From NCBI GenBank assembly GCA_951406725.2, contig OX597824.1, positions 66,092,001 to 66,156,000 on the forward strand: a DNA stretch of 64,000 bases, in the 5' to 3' direction. The first letter of the stretch is position 1; every line of letters starts with the position of its first letter. Made by a program: the position numbers and the translations under genes. This document shows positions 10,541 through 24,992 of the stretch, piece after piece. This DNA comes from Octopus vulgaris (Eukaryota). The notes beneath the pieces were generated by a model that saw nothing but the letters and a program-made list of their open reading frames with translations, did no database searches and was not told where the DNA came from.

Positions 10541-13500
10541 AAAAACAAACCAATATATTTTCATTAAAAATATTCTTAAAAAAAAACATCACATTCCTAT
10601 TTTGTTCTATGAATTTTCTTTGTTACCAAGAGTTAGTTTTGTTTATTTTATTTCAAATTGAAACAATTTCATACTCTTGAAGTAATAGAAGTTTTACTGC
10701 TAGACATCTTTTCTGTTTCTAAACATTCAGCTCTGAGGTGGAATTCCTTTCCTGCAGCTGTTGACTTGTAATTGTTCAAGAGGAACATTAATCATATGAC
10801 TTTTGTTGGCCTGTAAATGCCATGGTCACAGACCCTTTCTTCAGGTAGTAATAATAATAATTCTTTGTAGTATAGGCACAAGGCCTAAAATTTAGGGAGA
10901 GGGGACCAGTTGACTACATCAACCCCAAAAGAAAAAAAAAAAAGAAAATTGATCTTGATGCTCAACTGACACTTATTGACTCCAAAAGGATGAAAGGCAA
11001 AGTCAATCTCAGCAGAATTTGAACTCAGAACATACAGGTGGGTGAAGTGCCATTAAGTATTTTGCCTGGTGTGCTAACGATTCTGCCAGCTCCAATGCCT
11101 TAGTAAGAATAATACCAAGTAGAAAGCAAGGCAAGAATTAAATACCTTGTCCAAAGGCACAGTACAATGTCTTTAGTGTCATTTATCTTCTTGTGGCCTA
11201 TGAAACTGTTTGTAGGAGTAATTACACTCTCCTCATAATTATTTTAATGTCTACTTTTCCATGTTCACATGGATCAGATAGAATTTGCAGATTTTCTTCA
11301 GGCTGATGGCCTTTCTATCACCAACCCATCACTGCTTCCCAGTAAGGTAATAGATATTTTCTCATGGCTGCACATATTTACATGAGAAATTAGATACAAA
11401 AGACACTGCTTGTATGATGCTGGCACTCTTTTACTATGTGAAGACAAGGGAACACCCACTCTCACACATATATTTATACACACACATGATGAGCTTCTGT
11501 CAGTTTCTGTTTACCCAATCCACTCACAAGGCTTTGGTTGGCCCAAAGCTACAGTAGTAGACACTTACTCAAAGTGCCAGGCAGTGGCATTCAACTTGGA
11601 ACCAGGTGGTTGTGAAGTAAGCTTTTTAACCATACAGCCATGCTTGCTCACACAGACTATATATATATATATATATTGGGATTAATTCAGCTGGAAATCC
11701 CCCTTTTCTTTTGAACGTCATGTTAAAAAGATATCAATATTTTACCTGTCTCTTGCATAAAACTTCACAACAACAATAAAAATTACAGTTCAATAACTTG
11801 AACTTGCTGCTGTCTGGTTGAACTGGTTATTAAAAGGAAATGGTAATACAAAAAAAAAATCCCCAAAAAGTAGCTATATCCACTTGTATAAACTATGGAG
11901 AGAGATACATTTTAATGTTGTAGCTGACCAATGTTTTGAAGATCTGCAGTGGATACTTTGCAGGAAAAAAAAAAAGAATTGTTGTATCAAGAAACAGTAT
12001 AAACACACTTATAGCTAATATAGTTTAGCAGTTCATTTGGTAATCACATGGTTCCAGGTTTGATTCTATTGTGCAACACCTTGAGAAATATATTTTTCCT
12101 CAACCCAGGAATCCATGCAGGAAAAAAAAAAAATCAAAAACAAAATTGTAAAATTAAAGGATGTAGACACACATATAGCTGTGTAGTTTAGTAGTTCTCT
12201 TTGTAATCATGGTTCCAGTTTTGATCCTATTGTGCAGCACCTTGGGAAATATTTTTTCCCCATATCCCTGGGCTGACTCTAACCTCAAACCTTATGAATG
12301 AAATCAGGATGATGAAAGTTGTGTAGAAGCCTGTTGGACCAATTCTACTCGCTTTTAGGTAGTAGAGTTAATCTGTTGCTTAGACTTATCATCAACTGCC
12401 CTTTCAGTGTCTTTAGTAAAGCACACTACATTGCAAGTATTCCAATTTAGTCTCAGATGTGAGGATAATTTAGACATCTTAGTTTCTCCTTCACTCCGGT
12501 ATATTTGAAGGCCCAGCAGAAAGTTATGGGTAAAGCCTTTCCTTCTTTGATTTTGCCATGAATAAAATAAAATAGGCACAAGAAATAAAAAGTTAGGTAG
12601 TTGAATCAGACAAGAAAACAGTTCCGTGTGATAAGTAGGAAAGTCAAAAAACAAAAAAAAAGCTATTTTATATATTTTTTATTGAAATCACATTGAAGCG
12701 ACAAGAATGTTTATGATGGCAGACAGTTGCAATAGAGTATCTGCTCTAACACTATCGCTACTACCATGGCCAGTTTCAAAACACGTTGCAAACACTTGCT
12801 ATGCTGTTAAAGGAAGCTGCAATGTGCAGATGGCAGAACAAAAGACTGCAGCCAAATGCTGCAATACAGTACATTAAGCCAAACATTCAACGACAAAATT
12901 TTCAGAAGAGCATCTCTGTAGTTAAATGGTCTTAACCAAGAACTGCACTTGTGCAGCATTATTGCTACCATTTTCAATTCAAGTTGCAGCAAAGTGTTGC
13001 TTTTTACTTCTCCTCAAGAATGCTTATCTTAGGGTAGAATTGTGGGAATAATATAACAGGAAGATTCGGTAGTTCTTTTATGGTAAATATGAACTATTTT
13101 TGAGATCAAGCTTAGTTTGAATACAAAGTGGTCAGTTATGAGAGATGAGTCAGGTTGCTAGGGTATTTGAAGATGAATGATTATAAAAGAAAAATACAAT
13201 GTAAATAATAATAAAAATGAATTAAACACAAAGTTAAAAATATTTTCTTTGGCAGGAAAGTATGTTGGTAATGTTTAAGGCTTTGGAAAAGCTTGCTGTC
13301 TTACCTTGTAGGAACTGGAGCAGTAATTAAGATATTTTGAGCTAGCTATTAAGATTAGTCAAAACCAATTTTCATTTGAATTTTTAGTGAAGAATTATAT
13401 AGTTTTTCAGAACATTGGTTCTTGAAGTAGATAAGCTATAAATAATGGTGTATGAATATTGGGTTAAAAAACCCTTTAACCAAATATTTACATACTTTTA

Positions 13501-13779
13501 TTTATAGTTTATCTGCTTCAAGATCCAATGTTCCAAAAAAGAATTATTTCATGTTCTCCTAAAGCTTATAAATTCATATGAATTATACAGTATTTAATCC
13601 TACTTGTTTCAGTTTATCTAATTACAAACTACACATGAAGCTTTTTCCAAGAAAGTTACCCTTGATAAACTCTTAACTAACAGGAAATTCCTCTCATATT
13701 TAACAAGAGTTATTTAGCAGTTCTTTGGATGATTATATGGTCAGTATTTAATGTAGTGGCAAAAACATTGAGTGGTTAG

Positions 13780-14050
13780 AATATTGGGCTACCAATGCAT
13801 TGTTTCTATGTTTATATCTACAGCAGATGTTTTATATCTCTATCTCTTTCTGTTCAAGATATTTCTTTCTTCAAGACAAACTTTATGTAAATTGTCAGAC
13901 ACAGATACAAGATCTTTTGGCAGCAATAACTTCTGTACTGGACTGTCAAATTTCACCTGCTTAATGCTATGAAATGTGAACTAAGTAACAGTCTGCCTTA
14001 TGAGGAAATCATTGAAGTTTATAATAGCTTTTATTGTAATTGTCATAAAT
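13780..14050 (+). mobile_element. Possible highly decayed mariner-type transposase C-terminus
   Basis: YFFLQDKLYVNCQTQIQDLLAAITSV resembles DFFLWGYLKDKVY...TI.DL..AI; no TIRs recognised. Confidence 0.3.
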
Positions 14051-15325
14051 TAAGAAATTTTTTTGCAACCATGTTTCCAAGTTTGATCTTATGGCAGGAC
14101 ATCTTGGTAAAGTGACTTTTATAGCTCCAGGTTGACCAATGCCTTGTCAGTAAAATTAGTTAGCTGGAAACTTAAAGTCTGTCTTCTATATGTGTATGTG
14201 TGTGATGCTTATGTATACTGTCATGTTTAAAAGATGACTGAATCATTTGACAAATAGCAATCAATAAAATTACTGAAGTTGATATGATAGATGGAACACA
14301 ACCTTAAAGTTGGTGCCATATCCAGAGTCTAAGAATGGTAAAAGCATAAGTAAATTTATTAGAAATGAAAACCATTTAAAAAAAATCCTGTCTAAAATGT
14401 TTCTAATTTTCAGAGTAAGTAAATTCCTATTTCCATCTGAACGTCTATTATTTCAGGAATTAGAGATAAAACTCCCACAAAAAAAACAACTTATTTTTGA
14501 GAATCTGATTAAAATGTGTAATTTTTATAGTCAGAGTTAAACATTTTGTTGTAAATTTTTTATAGCAGTTGTAAGGATTTTAACAAGTATATCAGTTTTA
14601 GATGAAAGTGAAACAAGAAAATCTGAAGAGATTGTGTTGCCAAATAGTCAGAACAAAAAAAATTTGTAATGTGCAGTAAGGAAGAGAAGTCTAATATCAG
14701 GAAAACTGTCTCATATATATTTTTTATGAAAAATCCAGGCAGGATTTTTCATCCAAGACAAATGAGACTGTTTCCTGACATTGCTGAATAATAGTGAACA
14801 TTTAATCTTTCTCTAAAGAGTTAAACATCTCTTCCTAATGGCAAAATGTCGTAGTTTCCATCACAAACTTATTGTAAGATTATAGGTAGTCTGGGAGGTA
14901 GAAGGGATAGAACTAGTAACTAATTTTTGGTTGTTGAGACTAAACAATCTGACTTGCATATAGTTTATTATTATTCTTTCACCTTTCAGGATCATTAAGA
15001 TAAATACCAGTCATGTGCTGGGTCTGAGGTAATAATTGACTTTCCTCTCTCCTCAAAAATTGCTTGCCCTGTACTGAAATTTGAAACCATTATAATTTTT
15101 ATTCTGAGTTCAAATTCTGCTGTGGTTGAATTTGCCTTTCATCCTTTTGGGGCTGATAAATGAAGTGTCAGTCAAGCAGTGGGGTTGATGTGATTGACTC
15201 GACTCCTCCCGCAAAATCTCAGGCCTGGTACCTATTGCATTATTTATTAAAATCAGTAAGGATTATTATTTATTAAAATCAGTAAGGAGTAAGAATTCAG
15301 CTAACTAGGTCTGAAAACTTGTTTT

Positions 15326-15363
<38 letters not shown>

Positions 15364-16959
15364 AAAGGCAATGAAGGTGCTTACACACAGCTGATCAACC
15401 TACTAGAATTGGCAGCCAAATCCACCTCAAATACTACTGTCTTAGAAAAAGAGCATACTGGATAATGTAATAGATAAAATAAAATATGACTGAATACAGG
15501 CTGGTGTGGTCATGACTGGAACATCTTTCACTGAGTAACAAGTAGTTTTGTGAAAACAATTTGTTTCTTTTATTTTTGAATTCTTTAACATATCTTGTAG
15601 TTTTCTTTTGCTCCTCTCTAAATTTGTGGTTTAGAATATAAGTAAGAAGCAATATTTGAAGACATAAAAAGGGCTATAGAAGAAAAGCAAGTCAAGTTCA
15701 TAACTAAATTACTACTATTCTCATTTGCAGCCATTTCAGTTTCACCATTAAATATACCTGAGAAAAGTGTGAATATCCAGCGGACCCAATATGATAAAAA
15801 TTTCAACTTTTGTATAAATGTATCGTTCTTCATTGAAATTCTCAGAGGAATGAACTGAAAATCCCAAAACTTTCAGCAGAAACTGTAAATATTCCTTCTG
15901 GAAACTACAATCATTATTGCTCACCTCTGGGGAGAGTTGAAATATTTATGTTCTCATCATGGGAATTTCTAAAGATAATGGTATTTCAAAAGAGAATATA
16001 CTTTCTGTGTCTAGATAAGTTTATATTTGGAAGTAGTCATTTCAAAGGCATATTGAACTAAGATGAAGAAATCTTATTTTTGGCCAAGATTTTTCATTAG
16101 ATTTGCATCTGACAACAAAATAACAATAAAGAAGCTCTAATTTTATAGGCTGTGTGGTAAAGAAATTTGCTTCCCAACCACATGTTTTTGGGTTCAGACC
16201 TACTGTTTGGCACCTTGACAAGTGTTTTCTAATACAGCATCAAGGTCAACCAAAGCCTTCTAAGTGGTTTTGGGGGATGAAAACTGAAAGAAGCCCATTA
16301 TATATATATACAAGTATGCATATGGGTGTGTATGCATTTTTGAATCTCCTTGTCTAGACAGAGTCTGGCAGTTGTAAATGAGTATCACCATCATACAATT
16401 AGTATCATTTATTTCCAGTCTTGTGAAAACATGTTTGACCATGGGGAAATATTACCTTGCTTGTTAACAGGTAAGGTTCGGCAACAGGAAGGGCATCTGC
16501 TCATAATAAATCTGCCTCAATGAATTCTGTTTCATTCATACTATTCAAGCATGGAAAAGTTAAATAATGATGATGATAGATATTAGTTGAATTAATCACA
16601 ATGTTTTACTGGATTTGGAACTAAACCCCTAGGACAAAAGGCAAAGTTGAATTTGACAGGATCTGAAGTGATGCAACTAGGTTCTACACTTTGTCAGGAG
16701 CTCTACCAATTTGGACAATCTACTGTCATCTAACATTTAGTAATAAATAGCTATTTCTTTATAATAGAACAAAGCCACACACTGTTTCAAAATTGTATGA
16801 TTATAAATATTCTTCTAAAAAAAATATAATGTAAAAACAAAGCATTAGCAGTATTTAATGAAATAATTTCAAATGTGGACTGAATCTGGATCACAAACTA
16901 AGTTTCTCTGGAAACTTAATTCTTGGCTTATGGTGCTTACCAAGACAATAATAGATCTA

Positions 16960-17820
16960 TTATAGGAACGCAGCCTGAAATTTTGGAGGAGAGGGCTAGT
17001 TGATTTCATCAACTGATACTTATTTTAGTGACTCAAAAAGGATGACAGGCAAAACTGATTTTGGTAGAACTTGAACTCAGAACATAAAGCTGGAAAAAAT
17101 GTTGCCAAGCATTTTGTCTGGCATGCTAATGATTCTGTCAGCTGACCAATAATAATAATTGTTTGTTTTAGGGACAAGGCTCGTGATTTTGAGAGGTGGG
17201 GAGATGTAAGTTGGTTATACTGACCAAAGTATTTGGCTGGTGGTACTTTATTTTACTGACTCTGAAAGGATGAAAGCAAAGTTGACCTCAGCAGTATTTG
17301 AATTCAGAACAAAGAGACAAGAAACATTGCAAGGCATTTTGTCTGATGCTCTAATGGTTCTGCCAGTTCACTGCTTGTAGCAGTAGTAATAATGATAATC
17401 CTTTCTACTAAAGGCACAAGGCCTGAAATTGTTGGGGAGGAGGGTAGTCAATTACATCATGCCAACTGTTCCAATGACACTTGTTTTATTGACCCTGAAA
17501 GGATGAAAGGCAAAGTCGACCTCAGCAGAGTTGGAACTCAGAACATGAAGATGGACAAAATTCCACTATGCATTATATCTGGTGTGCTAACGATTCTACT
17601 GGCTTGTTGTCTTGAATAATAATAATAATCTTTTTGTTATACGCACAGAGCCAACAATTTTGAAATGAGTAAATCAATTACATTGATCCCAGTATTTGGC
17701 AGATAATTATTTTATCAACCCTGGTGGTATTTGAACTCAGAACATAAACTTGGAAGAAAGACTGCTAAGCATTTTGTCCAACATACTAATGATTCTACCA
17801 GCTCACTGCCTTTGATAACA
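16960..17820 (-). repeat. Head-to-tail array of four SINE copies separated by (AAT)n
   Basis: Repeated modules ...AAAGGATGAAAGGCAAAGT...TTTGAACTCAGAAC...AAGCATTTTGTC...GCTAATGATTCTGCCAGCT starting near 16960, 17165, 17405 and 17630. Confidence 0.8.
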
Positions 17821-20089
17821 ATAAAAGTGATGATATATAACAAAGGTATAACACTACCAATCTGAAGGTAGGGTTACATTTACAGTTGATTCATGAAAGA
17901 TGAAACTGACCCTTATGGAACTTATAGTAGAAATATTTTCATTTCTAAAAGTAACAGTGGTTAACAGTTTAAGAAACAAGCACAGGTTGCTCTCCAACCC
18001 AAATTCAATATGCAAACATTTTTTTTTAAAGGACAAAACTGTATTTATTCTTTTGTGACCATATTCCTAATGAATAGACTTCCAATGTGTTTCAATGAAT
18101 TTTTAATAGAAATGAGATTTTGGAGGGATTTAGTAAAATATATGTGAATATTATATATTGAAATACAACAGTGCTGAAACATTTTAAACCTGAAGGATTT
18201 AATTCAAGCAGTCTTGAGTGGGTTGGTATGAAGAGAAATAAATTTAAAGTTCAAGCCCAATGGACTGTTCTGGTTAAATACAGGGATCCTTTAGGAGAAA
18301 ATTATTGATTGTTTTTACTTTTTGCAGAAATGAAAAGAAAATTATATCAAGGTGAACTTTGCCTTTCATCTCTCTGAACTGAAAGGCAATATTGATCTTT
18401 GCAGGATTTGAACTCAGAATATAGAGAGCTGTAACAAATGTTGCAAGGCCTTTTGTTCTGTTTCTTCTAATCCATGGCCCAGGCACCAGGTCACACATTT
18501 TGGGATGGAAGGATCAGTTGATTATATCAAATCCAGTATTTAACTGGCATTTATTTTATCAACTGTGAAAAGATGAAAGATAAAGTTGGCTTCAACGAGG
18601 TTTGGACTGAAAAAGTAAAGGGATGCAACTAAATACCACAAATATTCTATCCACTGCTCTAGCATTTCAGTCATCAATAATTATAATAAAAGTAATGTTT
18701 TCTCTCATAGTCAGAAGGCCATCAATTGTGTAGGAGGGATTTAGCTGGTGTTTAAGACAAAATTAACATGAAAATTTGATGGAAGGTTTTAATTTAGATC
18801 ATTTTAAAAATTGGAAGCTTGTATCATAATTTAGTAACAAAAGAGTTAAACCCATTAATTCATATTTTCATTCAACATCATCATCATTTTTTAATGTTCA
18901 TTTTCAATGCATGGGTTGGATAGTGTTACAGGAACTGGCAAGCCAGAAAACTGCACCAAGCTCTACTGTCTGCTTTGGCATGGTTTCTCTAGCTGGATGC
19001 CCTTTCTAATGCCAACCATTTTACAGAAGATATTGGGAGCTTTGTTCTGGGTACTGGAACTAGCAAGGTCATCAAGTAACTTGCAAGACCTGATCTCACA
19101 ACTGGGTATGGAGTAGTATTGAGGGACAACAGAAACAGGTGTCTTGCTACAGAGAAGATACATGGCTACCCTACAGTTTACTAGAATTACAAATAGTCCT
19201 TTCTATTATAGGCCACAAGGCCTGAAATTTGGTGGGAGCGGGGATAGTCAATCACATTGACCTTGGCAGAATTTGAACTCAGAATGTAAAGACAGACGAA
19301 ATACCACTAAGCATTTTGACCATCATGCAGAATTATAAGTAATATGTTTCATCATTAACAATCTCAACAATTTCTGATTAAGTCTCATTGATGCTGAAAC
19401 ATCTATCTATCTATATATATATATATATATATATACAATATTTCAAGTTATTCTGTGTTATTAAATGTCTATCATCACTTTACAATATTTTATAACTAGT
19501 AGGTGGTGGATAAATAGTTATATACAACTTAGAAGCAAGGCTACAATATTCAAAGTGGTGACAGCTGATGTTTGGCTCCAGATCATTTCCAATTAATCTG
19601 ACCATCTCATCTTATATTAAAACAGTATAACTGGGACTGCACTACATAATCCTTAAAATGGTAAGATGCAATTTAAGGAAAATTAAGCTGCTATTTCTAG
19701 CAGGGTGAGCAACTAACATAGAGGCTCTCTCGCTAGTTTGTTTCTGATGGTGGAACACAGGGCATACTTATTCTTCTGTTATAATTAATCCTTTCATATC
19801 TAGAATGAATTGAGTTCAGTATATCACTGATACATTATTTTATCAATTCTTCAAGAATGATGAAAGGCAAAGTTACCCATGGTAGTATTTGAAATTAGAA
19901 TATACGGATCTATCATTACATACATTACTACAAAATAAGATCTAATCATTCTGCTAATCTACTACTGTTGATTAATTAACCTGTTTAATTAACTGATCAC
20001 AATAAATAAATACAGTACAACATTTTATCCTTTATTGGTGCTTAATCATTTATGATGCCCCTCCCCTCTCCAGAGAGAGAAATAATAAT

Positions 20090-20510
20090 AATAATTAATG
20101 GTTTCAAATTTTGGCACACGGCCAGCAAGTTTAAGGGGAAGGGATTATATTGATGATCCTGAAAGGATGGAAAGGTAAAGTCAACCCTGGTGAAATTTGA
20201 ACTCAGAACGTATAGAGCTACAGAGAATGCTAAGTATTTTGTGCAACACACTAATGATTCTGCCAATTTCCTGTCTAAATAATAGTAATTTTTTTCTACT
20301 ATAAGCATAAGGTCTGAAATTTTAAAGGAAGGGCCAGTTGATTACATTAAATCGAATGTTCAATTGGTACTTTTTTATCAACCCCAAAAGAATGAAAGTC
20401 AAAGCCAACCCTAGTGGTATTTGAACTCAGAATATAAAGCTGAAAGTAGTGTTGCAAAGCATTTTTGTCCATCGTGCTAATAATTTTGTCACTTTGTTGC
20501 CTTAACAACA
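20090..20510 (-). mobile_element. Two more tandem SINE copies of the same family
   Basis: Same GAAAGGATG...TTTGAACTCAGAA modules with AAT spacers. Confidence 0.75.
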
Positions 20511-20999
20511 ACTGAAAATTAAGGCAAAGAGTTAAGAGAATTCTGATTTCATATACAGTTTATTTGGCAAAAAGGTCTCTATGCATTTGTGTGTATGTAT
20601 TTGCTTTTACTTGTTGGGCTGAGTTTGCCATCATTTCTTTTAGATTATCCTATGCTGAGGATTAGGGATAAAGAGATTTTAAAAAAATGTTTAGTCAAGG
20701 AGAAAGTCATCCTTACACTGAAGAGCTGGACTAAATGCTCAAAACAGAACAGATTCCACTAAACATACCCAAGGGCCAGGTAGTGATGGTGGTAAACCAG
20801 ATGTGTTCTGTTTGAAATGTTGCAGGTTGTTTACTTGTGTGCGTGTGGTAGCATGAACATGAAGAAAGAACATTCTAGCTTCCTTTATGTAGGTCTGTAG
20901 AACGATCTTAGTGTTGTGATTTTTTTTTTATTCCCTTTAAAGTTAATCAGAAGAAATAGTGCCAGCACTCATGAACTTAGGAGGCTCTCAAAGATTAGT

Positions 21000-22500
21000 G
21001 AGAATGATGTTACCCTGATGTCAAGCCTCATCATCAGCAGACCAATGTCTGTTGGAAAAATGTGAGGAAGGGAATCTGATCGGGATTGAGGTCCAGTTTG
21101 AATGCTTGCAAGAGAATGAACTCTGTTAAGGAAGGGCATCCAAGGACCAGGGGATGGTGTTGAAGTGGGAGATATATGTTAGGTCTAGTCTGAAGGATAT
21201 AGGGTGAGAGAGAATAGAGTTTACTATAAACGATAAGAAATAACATAGAAGTCAACAACAGAAAGTATGGGAAAGGAATTAAGCCTCTTTAACATGTTTC
21301 TGTGATTGTGTGTTTCTGGGTTTGGATTTTGATTTGCAATATATTCAAAAAGCAAAAACAAAACAAAAAAAGAATAATTGAACAGCAAACTTCAACTTCA
21401 TTGATATGTTTAGAGGAATGTAGGGTTGCTATCTTTCATTCCATGGGAGTGAAACTTATTTTTAAAGCATTTCCTGGCTAAAAGAGAATCACAATTGACA
21501 GGGGAAAAATTGACAGAAGTGGGAGGAGGTAAGAGACAGAAGGAAAGCAAATTGGGGAAGAGATAAATAGGGAGTAATACAGGGAGGAGTATGTATGTGC
21601 ATGTGTGTGTGTGTAAACAGGTAAAATAGGGGGAGGGAGAAGGATAGGACAGTGAAACATAAAAACTGCCATGTTTGTGCTTGTCTAACTTATTGTAAAA
21701 GGTTTGTAGAAAGTAAAAAATAGGCTGTAATAACTGCTATGAAGTAATATAGTCAAATGGGAAGGACTTTTCAATTGGAGAAGAAAAAAGTGAACAAATC
21801 AAACACTGGCAGTATGATGGTAATACCAGTAATATTTGTGGTGGTCAAAATGAGTTGTGTGAGCATAGTGGTAAGGGCAGTGAGGGTGAGGACATGAGTC
21901 AATACCAGATAGACAATGTAAGGTGCAAGGTGGGGTGAAATGAATTCATTGTAAAACAAGCAAAAAGCCATTATCACAGTTGTTAGATAGTTACAAGAGA
22001 GAGGAGAGCGCAGGTGCGAAGCAATGCTATGAAGAGAGGTTGATTGTTCAGGGAAGTTCTGTGTGGTGAACAGAGACAGTGGATATACAGAGTTTGGCGC
22101 ATGGATGAAGAAACTGATACTGCTTACGTACCTCCCCCATTCCAAGGCCTCTCTTTCTCGGCAAAGAAAACTGATGCAGTAATACTGCATAAGAAAGACT
22201 GGATCCAGTAAGTAGGTGCTGAGGGTGTGAGGCAGGTGGAAAAGAAGATTGTCACAGCTGTAGCAGGTAGGTAATCAGGTAAGTGTGAAACTGCAGCACA
22301 ACACTCCACTCTTGGTACTAACATGTGCTGGATATATACACCACGAGTGTTGAGTGCAATCAGCAACCCCATGTTTTACCTGCCTGTTCTGTAGAGTTTT
22401 AGTAGGGCAGAAGGTATTGTCCAGGATATTGAGGATGTTAAATTAAACTGAAACAGTTCTGGATATGTGTTGGTGTGCGTATTTGACCACTGAGCTTTAA
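21000..22500 (-). mobile_element. Degenerate CR1-like LINE remnants
   Basis: Locally higher-GC sequence with minus-strand remnants (AFCLFYNE..., ERPWNGG) similar to the LINE 3' remnants at 10700-10830 and 29600-30000. Boundaries approximate. Confidence 0.4.
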
Positions 22501-22782
22501 GTTGGATTAAAACGTTTGTGCATGCATATGTGTGTCTGTGTGTGTGTATATATATTTATATATATATTTGGAAGCTGATGAATTGCTCAGTAAATAAACT
22601 ATATGCATTGAGTACTCTTTCTTCCATTTGTACATAAAAACAAACACACACACATTCATTCATTTATGTAAAGCTGAGACTTCATTTTCAAATAAATGAT
22701 TATACTCTCAAGACTAAATTCTAATTGTTGTGAATACTATTTTCTCTCATTTGCAAATCCAAATGTACATCTACACACACAC

Positions 22783-22830
<48 letters not shown>

Positions 22831-22899
22831 TTTCACTTTCTAAAAAGCATACAGAAGCTACAATGGCAGAGTGATTCCTTTCAAATGGTGTCTTTGTAA

Positions 22900-23056
22900 C
22901 AAAAGAGTTGGTGAGAAGAGAGACAAAAATTTAAATTGATCATCAAAGACTTTCAAAACAAAAATGTTAATGGTGAAATCAAAAAAAAGATGTTTCCAGC
23001 AATTAAATAGCTAATCAGTACCCCCATCACCATAGGAAATTTAAATTTAAATTATG

Positions 23057-23098
<42 letters not shown>

Positions 23099-24821
23099 AG
23101 ATAGATATGTAGAGAGATAAGAAAAAGAAGGGGAAATTCTATGAAAAATATCAATTTATTCATCTGGATTACATCTGTTGATTGACTTTTATTTGAAGTT
23201 TCATCTGGAACAAGAAAAACAAAAACAAAAAAAAAACCCAAAAAAATAAACGAACAACAACAAAATGTTTAATTTCTTCAGAGGATGAAGAAGTTGAAAT
23301 AAGGAGACAGGGAAACTGGACATATACAGAGGTCTCTAACCCCAAATTTTCTCTAACTTGGAAGAATTCAAGAGCTTGCCTGTCTTCTGCTAAATAAAGA
23401 GGAAGCATGTAAAAAATAATCACATTGAGCTTGAGAGAGAGAGAGAAAAAACTATTTAGCAGCAACACTGGATACAAAATTTACACCATGATGAGACTCA
23501 ACTCTGCTCCAATTGGATTTGATATTTCTATAACACACGCGCTTATAAAACGTCTACCAAAATATCCTCAGCATCTTTGAAAGTCAGTGTCCGCTATTGA
23601 AGAACGAACAAATAAGAAAAGAAGTGCTGTGAATGTTATTTATACCTGCTCTATTATATATGTACAGGCAGGACAATTCTTTGACCAAGCATCAGAGAGA
23701 ACAACCATAGAATCAGAGGGGTTTTATATAATTTGTTTTCGTTTTACAATTTTTTTGTTTTTTGTTGTTTGGAAAGGAGAAAACTACCATCAAAGAATGA
23801 TGGAAAGATACAGAGTGACATTGAGCTGACACAACATCCAATAGTGTTGCCAATAGCAGTGATAAGGGAAGGGTCGACAATGTAAGTAGCTGCACAGATC
23901 TTACAGAAATTAGACAACTTCAACCAAACATTATTTGTTTTTGATTTAAAGCTTATACAGGTTTCATACTTGTGAAAATTAAACTTGTTTACGTATCTGT
24001 GTGCTTTGTAAACATGTATATTTGTATTCTTGTTTGTAAATATGTATGTTTATTTATGTATGTATTTATATTTGTTTAAATATATGTGTATGTGTGTACG
24101 ACAATATATATGTACATCTATAATTATGTATGTACATTTGTAAATATGTAGATTTATGTATTACATGCATGTGTATGTGTGTACATATTGGATTGTCCAC
24201 AAAGAGATGTTTGGTAGTGACTAAAGATGACGTATGGTGGGGAAAATGATGGAAGAAGTCATTTCTTACTGTGATTACATACTGCTTCAAGTAACCATTG
24301 ACTGAAAAGTACAGCTAAGATTAATTAAGCCCTGTATTAAAGACAGTTGAAATTAACTGCAGAGACAGGAGTAAGTGGAAAGACAGCTACTGTTGTCACA
24401 TAGGAAACAAAACACACCAATGGGAGATGGTTACTTATTCCACATACCCTCCCCCCACACTCTACTTCTTTCGCAATCCAAAAGTTTTCTAAAGATTAAA
24501 AGGCCAGGTTTTGTTTGTGTGAGTGTGTGTGTGATTGTGTGTCTGTGTGTGAAGACCTGAAGGTCAGCTGGGTGTAGAATTTGCTGCTGGTAAGCAGTGG
24601 GTCACTGGCAACCAAATTACTACTAACAATGAAGTGGTATCAACTGAATGCAGCTGAATAACCATACAGACAAAAAAAATATATCATTGTTAGTACTGGC
24701 AACTAGAGCATGATAAAGCTGCGAGATTCCTTTTTGGCAGACTATGGGATGCGGGTGGATGAGTAGGCAGCACTCAATGATGATAGAACACCTACGTCTG
24801 CCCAGCAGGTGTCAGACAGTT
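22900..24821 (-). other. Probable PACS 3' UTR (extent uncertain)
   Basis: Follows the TGA at 24822; no recognisable SINEs. Minus-strand AATAAA candidates at 24049-24054, 23188-23193 and 23155-23160. Confidence 0.5.
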
Positions 24822-24937
24822 TCAAGCGGGTTCCTGGTAAGAGAAAATGACCACAGGGAAATTCTTTATGTGTGTTTGCCATTGTGATGAGAGCTGGAAA
24901 AACTTAACACCAGTCCATTCCACACCATCAACCACAA
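24822..24937 (-). CDS. PACS: Phosphofurin acidic cluster sorting protein (PACS1/2 homolog), last coding exon
   Basis: ttcttttccag|TT; [38 protein letters not shown] matches the PACS C-terminus (DGVEW.D.KFFQLAAQW.THVKHFP). Confidence 0.96.
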
Positions 24938-24957
24938 CTGGAAAAGAAGAGGAAGAA

Positions 24958-24992
<35 letters not shown>

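Noticed and set aside
14395-14420. Acceptor followed by a donor one base later (ttttcag-A-gtaagt)
   Set aside because: Lies outside both gene models with no supporting neighbours; likely chance.
15239-15288. Tandem duplication of ATTATTTATTAAAATCAGTAAGG
   Set aside because: Ordinary slippage-type duplication.
15731-15858. Possible + strand exon after ctattctcatttgcag
   Set aside because: Short open frame with no recognisable homology, and phase does not fit the C2orf73-like exon 2 donor.
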